Position numbers and translations under genes: made by a program
Shown: positions 7,981-17,344 of the stretch, piece by piece
How the letters are laid out: each line of letters opens with the position of its first letter
How positions within the stretch are numbered: position 1 is the stretch's first letter
Sequence record: SRR20825019_2778
Direction: 5' to 3' (one strand)
Length of the DNA stretch: 51,950 nucleotides
The notes under the pieces: generated by a model
Seen by the model: only the letters and a program-made list of their open reading frames with translations
Database searches by the model: none
Told to the model about the DNA's origin: nothing

Positions 7981-9336
7981 CTAGGGAATTTTGAGCACAT
8001 CACCGATTTGAATCGTGGTAGACGACATATCATTGACCGAGCGGATATCAGCCATACTCACCTGGTAACGCTGGGCAATCATGCTCAGGGTGTCACCGGC
8101 ACTGACAATATGCTGTTGCGGCAGACTGGTCCCCGGCAGCGGGTTACGCTGGAAGTAATTACGTATGCCGACCATCATCGCTTGTGCCAGCTTGGCCTGA
8201 TGACTGCTGGAATTCAGTCTTCGCTCTTCTTCCGGATTGGAAATAAACGCGGTTTCGACCAGCACCGAGGGAATATCCGGTGATTTCAATACGACAAAAG
8301 CCGCTGACTCGACCTGTTTTTTGTGTACATGACCGACCCGCTTGAGTCCGGACAATACGGTGTTGGCAACTTCCAGACTGGCTTCCAGACTGGCGGTCTG
8401 AGACAGATCCAGCAAGACCGAAGCCAGCAAGTCATCCTTATCTTCCAGGCTGATACCCCCGGCAAGGTCAGCCGCATTTTCACGATCCGCCAGAATCTGT
8501 GCCGCCTCACTACTGGCGCCGCGTTGAGACAGGACATATACCGATGAGCCGCGGGCACGGTGATTGTGGAAGGCATCCGCATGAACCGAAATAAACAGAT
8601 CCGCGCCATTTTCATGGGCGCGACGAATGCGCTGACGCAGGCTGATAAAGACATCATTATCACGGGTCAGGTAAGAGCGCATGCCCGGCTCCTGATCGAC
8701 CAGTCTGGCCAGGCGTTTAGACACAGAGAGCACAATATCTTTTTCCTTGGTGCCTCTGGGGCCGATAGCGCCCGGATCCTGACCACCGTGACCGGGATCG
8801 ATCGCAATCACGATATCGCGGCGCGGTAAGACCTTACTGGTTTTGATGACTTTGGCTCTGGCTTCTGCCTGTTGCTCGGGGCTGTTAACTGGCTGCTGCT
8901 GTTCCTGTTCGGCTTCTTCGCGGGCGGCAATCAGCGATTGTCTGGCCTGCTTCGCAGTGTAGTCCAGATCCACCACCAGCCGGTGCGGATAGCCTTTATT
9001 GGGCCTGAGTGTCTGAGTTTCATACTGTACTTCATGCGCCAGATCGAGCACGATTCTCAGGGTTTCACGATCATAGGCAGCGTAGCGGACAGACTGCACC
9101 GGAGTATTAATCAGGGATGGAATAATGAGTTTGTCGCGCTGACGGAAATCCTTGATATCGATGACCAGTCGATTGGGATTCTCCAGTGTAAAAGTATTGT
9201 AGTCTGCGCTGGCATCGAGATCGAAAACCAGGCGTGCGCTGGTGTCATCGTGAGACACACGGATGCCCTGAACTGAATCCGCCCAGACGGCAACACTTGA
9301 AAATAATAAGCAAAAACTCAGCAGGAGACGGAACAT
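7981..9336 (-). CDS. amiB: N-acetylmuramoyl-L-alanine amidase (AMIN + Amidase_3 + LysM)
   Basis: Signal peptide, AMIN, IDPGHGGQDPGA, SVHAD, LVETAFISN, C-terminal LysM; lies between tsaE and mutL. Confidence 0.93.
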   Translation of the reverse strand: MFRLLLSFCLLFSSVAVWADSVQGIRVSHDDTSARLVFDLDASADYNTFTLENPNRLVIDIKDFRQRDKLIIPSLINTPVQSVRYAAYDRETLRIVLDLAHEVQYETQTLRPNKGYPHRLVVDLDYTAKQARQSLIAAREEAEQEQQQPVNSPEQQAEARAKVIKTSKVLPRRDIVIAIDPGHGGQDPGAIGPRGTKEKDIVLSVSKRLARLVDQEPGMRSYLTRDNDVFISLRQRIRRAHENGADLFISVHADAFHNHRARGSSVYVLSQRGASSEAAQILADRENAADLAGGISLEDKDDLLASVLLDLSQTASLEASLEVANTVLSGLKRVGHVHKKQVESAAFVVLKSPDIPSVLVETAFISNPEEERRLNSSSHQAKLAQAMMVGIRNYFQRNPLPGTSLPQQHIVSAGDTLSMIAQRYQVSMADIRSVNDMSSTTIQIGDVLKIP

Positions 9337-9365
9337 CTCATCATCCTATAAACGACTTGGATAAC

Positions 9366-9394
9366 ATTTTGTCGAGCGGCATTGGAAAAATCAA
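9366..9394 (-). promoter_or_regulatory. Putative internal sigma70 promoter for amiB
   Basis: TTGATT-N17-CAAAAT in the tsaE-amiB gap. Confidence 0.45.
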
Positions 9395-9434
9395 GTTTTC
9401 TTTTTAAATAAGCAAGATAGAATTGAAACCTGAA

Positions 9435-9890
9435 CTAAATGTGAAGTTTTGCACAGATTTTTTCACCGGCTTGCGATTGCGCTGAAATGCTCACCTGCCG
9501 ACCCTCATCGCGGTATTGTAAATCAATCAGTAAATCCGGTTCAGGTAAATACTCACTACCACGCTGTGCCCACTCAATCAGACAGATGGCCTGCTGGCTG
9601 AAATAATCATCAAGCCCGAGAAATTCCAGTTCGCCCGGATCACTGAGCCGGTATAGATCAAAGTGATAAACGGGTCTGTCCTTCAATTGATAATGTTCTA
9701 CCAGCGTGTAGGTCGGGCTTTTGACCTTGCCCTGATGTCCCAGCGCCTGGAGGAAACCGCGCGTCAGCGTGGTTTTACCGGCACCGAGCTCGCCTTCAAG
9801 ATGGATGACACAGAGTTCATCAGGGCAGGCAGCAGCCAGCTTCGCGCCCAGCGCCAGTGTCGCCTGTTCATCAGCCAGAAATGTTTGCAA
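9435..9890 (-). CDS. tsaE: tRNA t6A biosynthesis ATPase TsaE
   Basis: [29 protein letters not shown]. Confidence 0.97.
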   Translation of the reverse strand: MQTFLADEQATLALGAKLAAACPDELCVIHLEGELGAGKTTLTRGFLQALGHQGKVKSPTYTLVEHYQLKDRPVYHFDLYRLSDPGELEFLGLDDYFSQQAICLIEWAQRGSEYLPEPDLLIDLQYRDEGRQVSISAQSQAGEKICAKLHI

Positions 9891-9905
9891 AATCGAGTTC
9901 TCTTA

Positions 9906-11390
9906 CTATCGCAGGTTAACCAGTTGCCGCAGTTGCGGCATCAAATCCATCGCCAGCATGCCTCGCTCACCGAGATGTTCAGCCACTTTGTCCGCCGCCA
10001 TCGCATGCAGCAAAACGCCGAGACAGGCCGAGTCAGTCAGGTTCAGACGCTGTGCCAGCAGCCCGGCAATCACGCCCGTCAGGGCATCGCCCATGCCGCC
10101 GCTGGCCATGCCCGGGTTGCCCGCAGAGCAGAGCCGCACCGGCAGTTTGCCATCATAAATCAATGTGCCAGCCCCTTTCAGCACAATGACGCCCCCATAA
10201 CGTTGTTGCAGTTGTTGCACCGCATCAAAGCGGTTAGCCTGAATTTCGCTACTGCTACAACCCAGAAGGCGTGCCGCCTCCCCGGGGTGGGGTGTCAGAA
10301 TCCAGTTATCCCGCTTTTGCTGTGTATGGCTGAGCATATTGAGTGCATCAGCATCGACTACCATCGGTATCTCAGCATCAATAACACGCGCAAACAGTGA
10401 CTGACTCCACTGACTCTGTCCAAGACCGGGGCCGATGGCCAGCACGCTGGCTTTATCAAGCAGCGGTGCCAGATCCTCAGCCTGTTCAATGCCATGACAC
10501 ATCAGCTCCGGCCGTGCCTGATTCAAAATGGCGCTGTGCGCTGTATGAGTAGCGATACTGACTAAACCGCTGCCGACACGTGCAGCGGCCTCAGCGGCAA
10601 CGCGAGCAGCACCGGGCATGCCATTGTCGCCCCCAATCACAACGAGGTGACCATACAAACCTTTGTGAGCGGTGCGCGGACGCGGTGATAACAGGTTGCT
10701 GAACTGTGGTAGTTCTATGCGCAAGGCGTCAGCTTTGACAGCCTGATAAACCGCAGATGGTACCAGCAATGAATCAAAACAGATTTGGCCACAGTAATCC
10801 GGCGCATCGCCGGTGAACAGGCCTTTATTGAGACCGATAAAACTGAGAGTGACCGATGCCCTGACCGCCACACCCAGGGCTTTACCGCTGTCAGCATGAA
10901 TACCGGAAGCAATATCCAGCGATAACACCGGGGTCGGGTGATGATTGTTAATGGCCGCAATGGCGGAGGCATAGCGGCCTTCGACCTCACGATCAAGGCC
11001 GGTGCCGAATAAGCTATCCACTATCACATCGGCGGTCGGCAGCTTGTCTTCAAAACGATGAATCACATCTGCAACAGCTTTTAAGGCTTCACGCGCTGCA
11101 TGGGTTTCAGCGCTCATTTTCTCAACGCTACCGACTTCAAACAGGCTGACATGGTAACCATCGACTAGGGCCTGGCGCGCCAATTCATAGCCGTCACCAC
11201 CATTATTACCACTACCACAGACCACCACGATCTGCTGAGCCTCCGGCCAGAAATAGTTGAGCGCTTGGAGCGCAGAACCACCGGCCCGGCTCATTAGTTT
11301 GGCGCCGGGGATGCCATAGTTGTCGATAACCAGTCGATCGAGTTCGCGGGTCTGTTCGGCACTATACAGTTCGTATGGCAGGTTAAGCAT
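9906..11390 (-). CDS. nnr: Bifunctional NAD(P)HX epimerase/dehydratase
   Basis: GSGNNGGDG, DSLFGTG, HKGLYG, TPHPGEAARL, GGMGDAL; start set at ATG 11390. Confidence 0.95.
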   Translation of the reverse strand: MLNLPYELYSAEQTRELDRLVIDNYGIPGAKLMSRAGGSALQALNYFWPEAQQIVVVCGSGNNGGDGYELARQALVDGYHVSLFEVGSVEKMSAETHAAREALKAVADVIHRFEDKLPTADVIVDSLFGTGLDREVEGRYASAIAAINNHHPTPVLSLDIASGIHADSGKALGVAVRASVTLSFIGLNKGLFTGDAPDYCGQICFDSLLVPSAVYQAVKADALRIELPQFSNLLSPRPRTAHKGLYGHLVVIGGDNGMPGAARVAAEAAARVGSGLVSIATHTAHSAILNQARPELMCHGIEQAEDLAPLLDKASVLAIGPGLGQSQWSQSLFARVIDAEIPMVVDADALNMLSHTQQKRDNWILTPHPGEAARLLGCSSSEIQANRFDAVQQLQQRYGGVIVLKGAGTLIYDGKLPVRLCSAGNPGMASGGMGDALTGVIAGLLAQRLNLTDSACLGVLLHAMAADKVAEHLGERGMLAMDLMPQLRQLVNLR

Positions 11391-11437
11391 AAAGCCAGGC
11401 CCCAATTACCGTTGCTTAAACATTTATAATAACGTGC

Positions 11438-12508
11438 ATGAGTGAAAAATTCACAGCATCAGAATCAGAGGCATTACTCGACAGAATGCAGCGCTGGGCC
11501 CGTTCGCTGGGTTTCCAGGCGCTGGGAGTCAGTGATATCGATCTGCATGATGCCGAAGAAAAACTGAAAAGCTGGTTAGCCAAAGGCTTTCACGGCGAGA
11601 TGGCATTCATGCACAAGCATGGTGAGAAACGTACCCGACCAGATTTGCTGGTGGAGGGCACAGTCCGTGTCATCAGCGTGCGTATGGATTACTGGCCGGG
11701 CGAGGCCGCCGATCCCTGGCAGGTGATTAATGATGGTGACAGCGCCTTTATATCCCGTTATGCGCTGGGCCGCGATTATCACAAGCTGATGCGCAAACGG
11801 CTGGCGAAACTGGCGGCAAAAATCGAAAAAGAAGTCGGGCCGATGAGCTACCGCGTATTCACCGATAGCGCGCCGGTGATGGAAAAGGCGATTGCCGAGA
11901 AAGCCGGGCTGGGCTGGATTGGCAAGCACACGAACGTGCTGAGTCGTGAAGCCGGATCCTACTTTTTTCTGGGCGAGATCTATACCGATTTGCCATTGCC
12001 ATTGACTGATACCACCACGGCACACTGCGGCAGTTGCACCGCCTGTATTGATGTCTGCCCGACGCAGGCCATTGTCGCGCCATACCAACTGGATGCCCGC
12101 CGCTGTATTTCCTATCTCACGATTGAGCTGCGCGGTTCGATTCCCGAGGTGTTCCGACCCATGATGGGCAATCGCATCTATGGCTGTGATGATTGTCAGC
12201 TGATCTGCCCCTGGAATAAGTATGCGCAGGCCACAGTGGAGTCGGATTACCTGCCCCGTGAGGGCCTGGATGCTCCGCAACTGGTCGATTTATTCAACTG
12301 GACGGAGCAGGAATTTCTGCAGCGACTGGAAGGCAGCCCGATTCGTCGTATTGGCTATGAGTGCTGGCTGCGGAATATCGCTGTGGCGTTGGGGAATGCC
12401 GACAGTTCGCCTGCGGTGGTGAATGCCTTGCAGAACAAACAGACGCATCCATCAGAGCTGGTCAGAGAGCATGTGGACTGGGCGCTGGCTCAGCACGACT
12501 TGTCATAA
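11438..12508 (+). CDS. queG: Epoxyqueuosine reductase
   Basis: SRYALGRDYH, DSAPVMEK, CGSCTACIDVCPT, GCDDCQLICPWN. Confidence 0.97.
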   Translation: MSEKFTASESEALLDRMQRWARSLGFQALGVSDIDLHDAEEKLKSWLAKGFHGEMAFMHKHGEKRTRPDLLVEGTVRVISVRMDYWPGEAADPWQVINDGDSAFISRYALGRDYHKLMRKRLAKLAAKIEKEVGPMSYRVFTDSAPVMEKAIAEKAGLGWIGKHTNVLSREAGSYFFLGEIYTDLPLPLTDTTTAHCGSCTACIDVCPTQAIVAPYQLDARRCISYLTIELRGSIPEVFRPMMGNRIYGCDDCQLICPWNKYAQATVESDYLPREGLDAPQLVDLFNWTEQEFLQRLEGSPIRRIGYECWLRNIAVALGNADSSPAVVNALQNKQTHPSELVREHVDWALAQHDLS

Positions 12509-12533
12509 ATTTGTCATTGATTGTCGTTAAGCT
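12500..12533 (+). promoter_or_regulatory. Pho box (PhoB site) with -10 element for the downstream chemoreceptor
   Basis: TTGTCATAAATTTGTCAT (12500-12517) matches CTGTCATA(A/T)A(T/A)CTGTCA(C/T); TAAGCT follows exactly 10 bp later. Confidence 0.8.
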
Positions 12534-12565
12534 CGCAGGTTGCATTTTTAATGTGATCGGCTTTT

Positions 12566-14509
12566 ATGAAACTGTCTCTTGTCTCTCGTTTTATTACCTT
12601 TGCCATTGTCGGCTTATTGATTGTGTCAGCACTGACCGCTGTCTGGGGCTGGCGACAGCTGGACAAGCCCTACCAGATTGCTGACGAGTTCCAGCAATAC
12701 CGCAATACCTTTGATATCGATGTCCGCATTTTGCTGGAGCGGTATCTGGCCAGTGGTCAGGCTGATTTGCTGCAGCAGGCGGAAGATAAGCTCAATGTGC
12801 TCGCTGAGCAGTCATTTGACTGGCTGAGTGAAGCTGAAAACCAGCAGATCCATGAGGCTATCAATCAACTGCAGAATAGTGTGCAGGCAGTTCGGGCTGC
12901 CGGGAAACTGGCGGCGAATCCGCAGACATTACTGATTAATAACGAGCGTGAACGCGCCGGCGATATCGGCATGCTGGTGAGTTATGCCGAGCAGGCAGAT
13001 TATCAGTTCAATGCCGAACAGATCGTTTTTCTCTCTACACTGGCCGAAATGGGGCGCAGCCTGAATCAGATCTCGCAACAGCGGCAGGCATTTTTCGAAC
13101 AACAGAGTGAAGCTCAGCAACAGGCGTTGCTGGCAGAGAATCAGAAATTCGCCGAGCTGGCTGCCAGGCTGGAGTCCATGCCGCGTTTTGGCATTTATAC
13201 CGAACAGGATGAAATGTCGCTGATCCCGAAGGAGCCGGATGAAATCGGGGAAGTCAGCATTGCTTCATTGCAAAGTCTGACCCGCCGCTATGACAAGGAA
13301 ATCGGCAATACCCTCAGCTTTATGCAACAGGTCGACCAAAGTCGCGCCAGTCTGAATCAGCAGATCCTCGCCCTGCAATCCACGCTCAACAACTTTCAGC
13401 AACAGATTGCCGATATTAAGGCCAGTATCACCAATCAGGTACGCTGGGCGATGCTGGCGGCGGTCGTGTTGATTGTGATTGCTGTCAGCCTGCAGGCCTT
13501 ACTGCAGAAGCTGACCCTGGCTTCATTACTGAAACTGGAAGCCTTTTTCCGCGGCATGCAGCAGGGCGATTTCAGCCAGATATTGCAACTCAATAGCCGG
13601 TTTGAGGAAACCCGATCGGTCGCCGATTCAGCCAGCCACCTGCAGACTTACCTGGCAGAATTGATTGCTAAACTGGAAGCGCAGGCCCAGAGCGTGACCA
13701 GTGCCAGCCAGTCGATGCTCAGTGTCTCGGCCTCAACTTCTGAACTGACCCGGCAGCAGCATAATGCGACCGATCAGGTGGCGACAGCAGTCACCGAGTT
13801 GTCGTATTCCTTCAAGGAAGTCGCTGACAATGCCAGCCAGGCATCGAAAGCGGCCAATGAGGCTAACCTGTCGACACAAACCGCACGCCAGACCCTGAGT
13901 GAAGCGACCGAAGCCAGCGAAAAACTCGCCGCTGATCTGATGGATGTGGAAAAAGTCATGATTAAACTGGAACAGAACGGCAATAATATCCGCGCCGTGC
14001 TGGAAGTGATTCATGGCGTGGCCGAACAGACCAACCTGCTGGCATTGAATGCGGCCATCGAAGCGGCCCGTGCCGGTGAGCACGGCCGCGGCTTTGCGGT
14101 CGTAGCCGACGAAGTGCGGCAACTGGCATCCAGAACCACCCAGTCCACCGAAGAAATCCGCAGTATTATCGAGCAATTAACCGATTCGGGCTCCGAAGCG
14201 ACGGCGATTGTCAGTCGTCAGAGCCTTGCTGCTGCGGATTGTGCCAAACAGACCGCACAGGCACGCTCGGCGATGGAACCCGTGGTGTCGGCGATCAGAA
14301 CCATTAACGAGATCAATGCGGCGATTGCCTCGGCCACCCAGGAACAGACAACGACGGTAGATGAAATTGCCCGTACCACCGAGCAAATCAAACTGGATTC
14401 TTTGCAAGTGGATCAATATGTCGGGGATATCAATCAGGCTGGAGAAGGGCTGACCCGAATCAGTCACATGCTGGAACAACTGGTCAGGCAACTGAAGCAG
14501 GCTGAATAG
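12566..14509 (+). CDS. Methyl-accepting chemotaxis protein, CtpL-like (phosphate taxis)
   Basis: Two TMs, large helical periplasmic domain with YLASG and [44 protein letters not shown]. Confidence 0.93.
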   Translation: MKLSLVSRFITFAIVGLLIVSALTAVWGWRQLDKPYQIADEFQQYRNTFDIDVRILLERYLASGQADLLQQAEDKLNVLAEQSFDWLSEAENQQIHEAINQLQNSVQAVRAAGKLAANPQTLLINNERERAGDIGMLVSYAEQADYQFNAEQIVFLSTLAEMGRSLNQISQQRQAFFEQQSEAQQQALLAENQKFAELAARLESMPRFGIYTEQDEMSLIPKEPDEIGEVSIASLQSLTRRYDKEIGNTLSFMQQVDQSRASLNQQILALQSTLNNFQQQIADIKASITNQVRWAMLAAVVLIVIAVSLQALLQKLTLASLLKLEAFFRGMQQGDFSQILQLNSRFEETRSVADSASHLQTYLAELIAKLEAQAQSVTSASQSMLSVSASTSELTRQQHNATDQVATAVTELSYSFKEVADNASQASKAANEANLSTQTARQTLSEATEASEKLAADLMDVEKVMIKLEQNGNNIRAVLEVIHGVAEQTNLLALNAAIEAARAGEHGRGFAVVADEVRQLASRTTQSTEEIRSIIEQLTDSGSEATAIVSRQSLAAADCAKQTAQARSAMEPVVSAIRTINEINAAIASATQEQTTTVDEIARTTEQIKLDSLQVDQYVGDINQAGEGLTRISHMLEQLVRQLKQAE

Positions 14510-14515
14510 CGCTTA

Positions 14516-15886
14516 TTATTGAGTGGCCAGCGGCAGGTCAAACCAGAACGTCGATCCCCGGTTTTTCTCACTGTCAAAGTCGAGCCTGCCGTTCATCGCT
14601 TCCAGCAGATTCTTGGTAATCACCAGGCCGACACCACTGCCTTCGGTCGTTGAGTTTTCCTGTCCCAGTCTGGAGAAAGAGCGGAACATCATCTCCTGAT
14701 GCTTCTCGGAAATGCCGATACCGGTGTCCCGGATTCTGACCCGCAGATGGTCGCCAAGCTGGTCATAACTCAGTGTCAGCTTGCCGCCCTTGCGATTGTA
14801 TTTAACGCCATTGTTGAGCAGATTGAGCAAGACCTGTTTGAGCCGCATTGCATCGGCGACAACCGGGCTCTCCGGCGCCGGTGCGATATAAAGTGATACG
14901 GCTTTTTCATCGGCCAGCGTTTTGATCAGCGGCAGACAATCGTCGACCAGTTTGCCGATATGCAGTTCAGTCAGATTCAGTTCCAGCTTGCCGGACTCCA
15001 CTTTCGCCAGATCCAGCACCTGATTAATCAAGGTCAGTAAATGATTACTTGCTTTGAGAATATGATTCAGGCTGTCTTTCTGCTGTTTTGTTGGCGGAGA
15101 ATCCGGATCGGAGGCCAGTAACTGGGTAAAGCCGAGAATGGCATTGAGCGGGGTCCTGAGTTCATGACTCATACTGGACAGAAACGCTGTTTTGGCCTGG
15201 CTGGCTTTTTCAGCCTGATCCCGGGCTGTCATCAACTCATCGGTTTGTTTCTGCAATAATTTATTCACACACAGGGCACGCCAGTATTCAGTGTTGGCGC
15301 GCTTGGCCTGCACCAGTAAAAAGACCAGGTAGGCCGACAAACCAAACGTCAGGCTGGCGGTGAGGGTATTCCACTGCAAAATGATCACTGTCATGATCGG
15401 CAGGAAGATCAACAGCAAATAAATCTGGGTTATGCGCTTCCAGATAAACAGGCTGGTTGCGGCCCCGGCAACGATCCCGATAGTGAACATCATGATGACC
15501 ATATTGATGGTGATGTTCTGATACAGATAAAAGCTGACCGCCACATAAAAGCCCCAGATCGCGGCAGACAGCGAGAACATGACATAACTGAGTCGTCGCC
15601 AGTTTTCCAGTCGCATTTTTTGTTTGAGTAAAAGGCGAATACTGAAAAAACGCAGCAAAACCACCACAGTCATTAGCGTAAACAGGGTAAAGATGAGTGT
15701 GCGGGCACCATCGATAATTGGTGAAGCCGTGGCTGAGAACAAGAGTGCCAGCAGGACAATCAAGCCGCCGGGGATAGAGCGCCTGGCCAGATCTCTGGCC
15801 GCATGATGGTTCAGCCCGCTGATAGTGGCGGTATCCAGTGCGGGTAAAGCAGGATCCAGGTAACCATGTAAATGTGGACGAGCCAT
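14516..15886 (-). CDS. Multi-TM sensor histidine kinase with no receiver domain
   Basis: About 6 TMs, SMSHELRTPLNAILGF, NLLNNGVKY, DTGIGI, GSGVGL, GSTFWF. Confidence 0.93.
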   Translation of the reverse strand: MARPHLHGYLDPALPALDTATISGLNHHAARDLARRSIPGGLIVLLALLFSATASPIIDGARTLIFTLFTLMTVVVLLRFFSIRLLLKQKMRLENWRRLSYVMFSLSAAIWGFYVAVSFYLYQNITINMVIMMFTIGIVAGAATSLFIWKRITQIYLLLIFLPIMTVIILQWNTLTASLTFGLSAYLVFLLVQAKRANTEYWRALCVNKLLQKQTDELMTARDQAEKASQAKTAFLSSMSHELRTPLNAILGFTQLLASDPDSPPTKQQKDSLNHILKASNHLLTLINQVLDLAKVESGKLELNLTELHIGKLVDDCLPLIKTLADEKAVSLYIAPAPESPVVADAMRLKQVLLNLLNNGVKYNRKGGKLTLSYDQLGDHLRVRIRDTGIGISEKHQEMMFRSFSRLGQENSTTEGSGVGLVITKNLLEAMNGRLDFDSEKNRGSTFWFDLPLATQ

Positions 15887-15946
15887 AGCGGTATATCAGG
15901 CAAAATAAGTACTGAAGATACCACATTGGCTTAGATGAAAAGAAAA

Positions 15947-17344
15947 TCAGTCTTTTTGCAGATCAGCAAAGGCATCAATCGACTGTTTACGAGCTGGTTT
16001 GTAGTCAATTACCGGGACTGGGTAACCCAGTTTTGAACGTTGTTCATCACTCGGGTTATGAATCTGTTTGCCACTGAGCTCAGCCAGTTCCGGCACAAAA
16101 CGACGGATAAACTCACCCTCGGGATCAAAGCGCTCTGACTGTCGGGTCGGATTGAACACCCGGAAGTAGGGAGCGGCATCGACGCCAGTGGAAGCACTCC
16201 ATTGCCAGCCACCGTTATTGGCGGCAAACTCACCATCAATCAGATGTTGCATAAAAAACTGCTCGCCGCGGCGCCAGTCAATCAGCAATAACTTGCTGAG
16301 GAAGCTGGCAGTAATCATCCGCAGACGGTTATGCATCCAGCCGGTCTGTAGCAGCTGGCGCATGGCGGCATCGACAATCGGGAAACCGGTTTTACCCTCA
16401 CACCAGGCTTTGAAACCGTCCTCGTTATCTGCCCAGATGACCTGATCGGTTTCCGGCTTGAAGGGCTTCTCCATGCTCAGCCGCGGGAAATGCAGCAACA
16501 GTTGCCGGTAAAAATCACGCCAGGCCAGTTCCTGCAGCCAGACATTATCCTGCCAGTGCAGCTTCCGGGCAGCACAGTGATACTGAATCGAGGCCAACAG
16601 GCGACGCGGGCCGAGTCGACCAATCGATAGGTATGGGGACAGCAAACTGGTGGCCGGCTCGGCAGGGAAGTCCCGCCGTTCAGAATAGGCTTTGAGTCGC
16701 TTCTGGCAGAATTTATCCAGTTTCTCCAGTATGGCGTCTTCCGCTACAGGCCAGATATCGTCGCGATATTCACCGGCCCAGCTGGGCTTTTGCCATAGGG
16801 CTTTGATGGCATTGCCCTGTTTTTCAGGTTCGGGATATGGTTCACGTTGGGTGCTTTGCAGGATTTGCAGCCACCGGCGGTAGTAGGGCGTGAAAACTTT
16901 ATAAGGCTCATCCTGCTGGGTTAACACCGGCAGCGCCACCAGTAAATCAGTTTCCAGTGCATGGCAGGCGATGCCGGCTTCGGCAAACAGCTCAACCGTT
17001 TTCTCATCCCGGCGCTGTTCATCCAGCGGTGTTTCCTGATTAAACCAGAGGGCGCTGAACTGATGCTGCTGACAGAAGTCACGCAACAGTTCAGGTACAT
17101 CTGCAAACATCGGTGTTTCCAGTAAATGCAGCGGAATACCTTTGGCAGCCAACTGTTGTTGAATGTCTTTAACACTGTCAGCTTTGAGCCCTTGCTTGGC
17201 AGGTGATTCGTCATGCTGTTGCCACTGGCCGGGACAGGCCACAAACACCACCTCAATGCCGCCCTGTTGCTGGGCCAGATAGAGAGCCGGATTATCATCC
17301 AGCCGCAAATCATTTCTCAGCCAGACCAGTTGCGTTGTTGTCAT
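15947..17344 (-). CDS. phrB: Class I CPD DNA photolyase
   Basis: WLRNDLRLDDNPAL, TSLLSPYL, WRDFY, GKTGFPIVDAAMRQL, GWMHNRLRM, NNGGWQW. Confidence 0.95.
   Translation of the reverse strand: MTTTQLVWLRNDLRLDDNPALYLAQQQGGIEVVFVACPGQWQQHDESPAKQGLKADSVKDIQQQLAAKGIPLHLLETPMFADVPELLRDFCQQHQFSALWFNQETPLDEQRRDEKTVELFAEAGIACHALETDLLVALPVLTQQDEPYKVFTPYYRRWLQILQSTQREPYPEPEKQGNAIKALWQKPSWAGEYRDDIWPVAEDAILEKLDKFCQKRLKAYSERRDFPAEPATSLLSPYLSIGRLGPRRLLASIQYHCAARKLHWQDNVWLQELAWRDFYRQLLLHFPRLSMEKPFKPETDQVIWADNEDGFKAWCEGKTGFPIVDAAMRQLLQTGWMHNRLRMITASFLSKLLLIDWRRGEQFFMQHLIDGEFAANNGGWQWSASTGVDAAPYFRVFNPTRQSERFDPEGEFIRRFVPELAELSGKQIHNPSDEQRSKLGYPVPVIDYKPARKQSIDAFADLQKD

Noticed and set aside
7942..8283. ORF starting in the right inverted repeat, considered as a transposase
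   Set aside because: Antisense to amiB, outside the element, and no transposase motifs
9663..10400. 245-aa plus-strand ORF
   Set aside because: Antisense to tsaE and nnr; codon-mirror artefact
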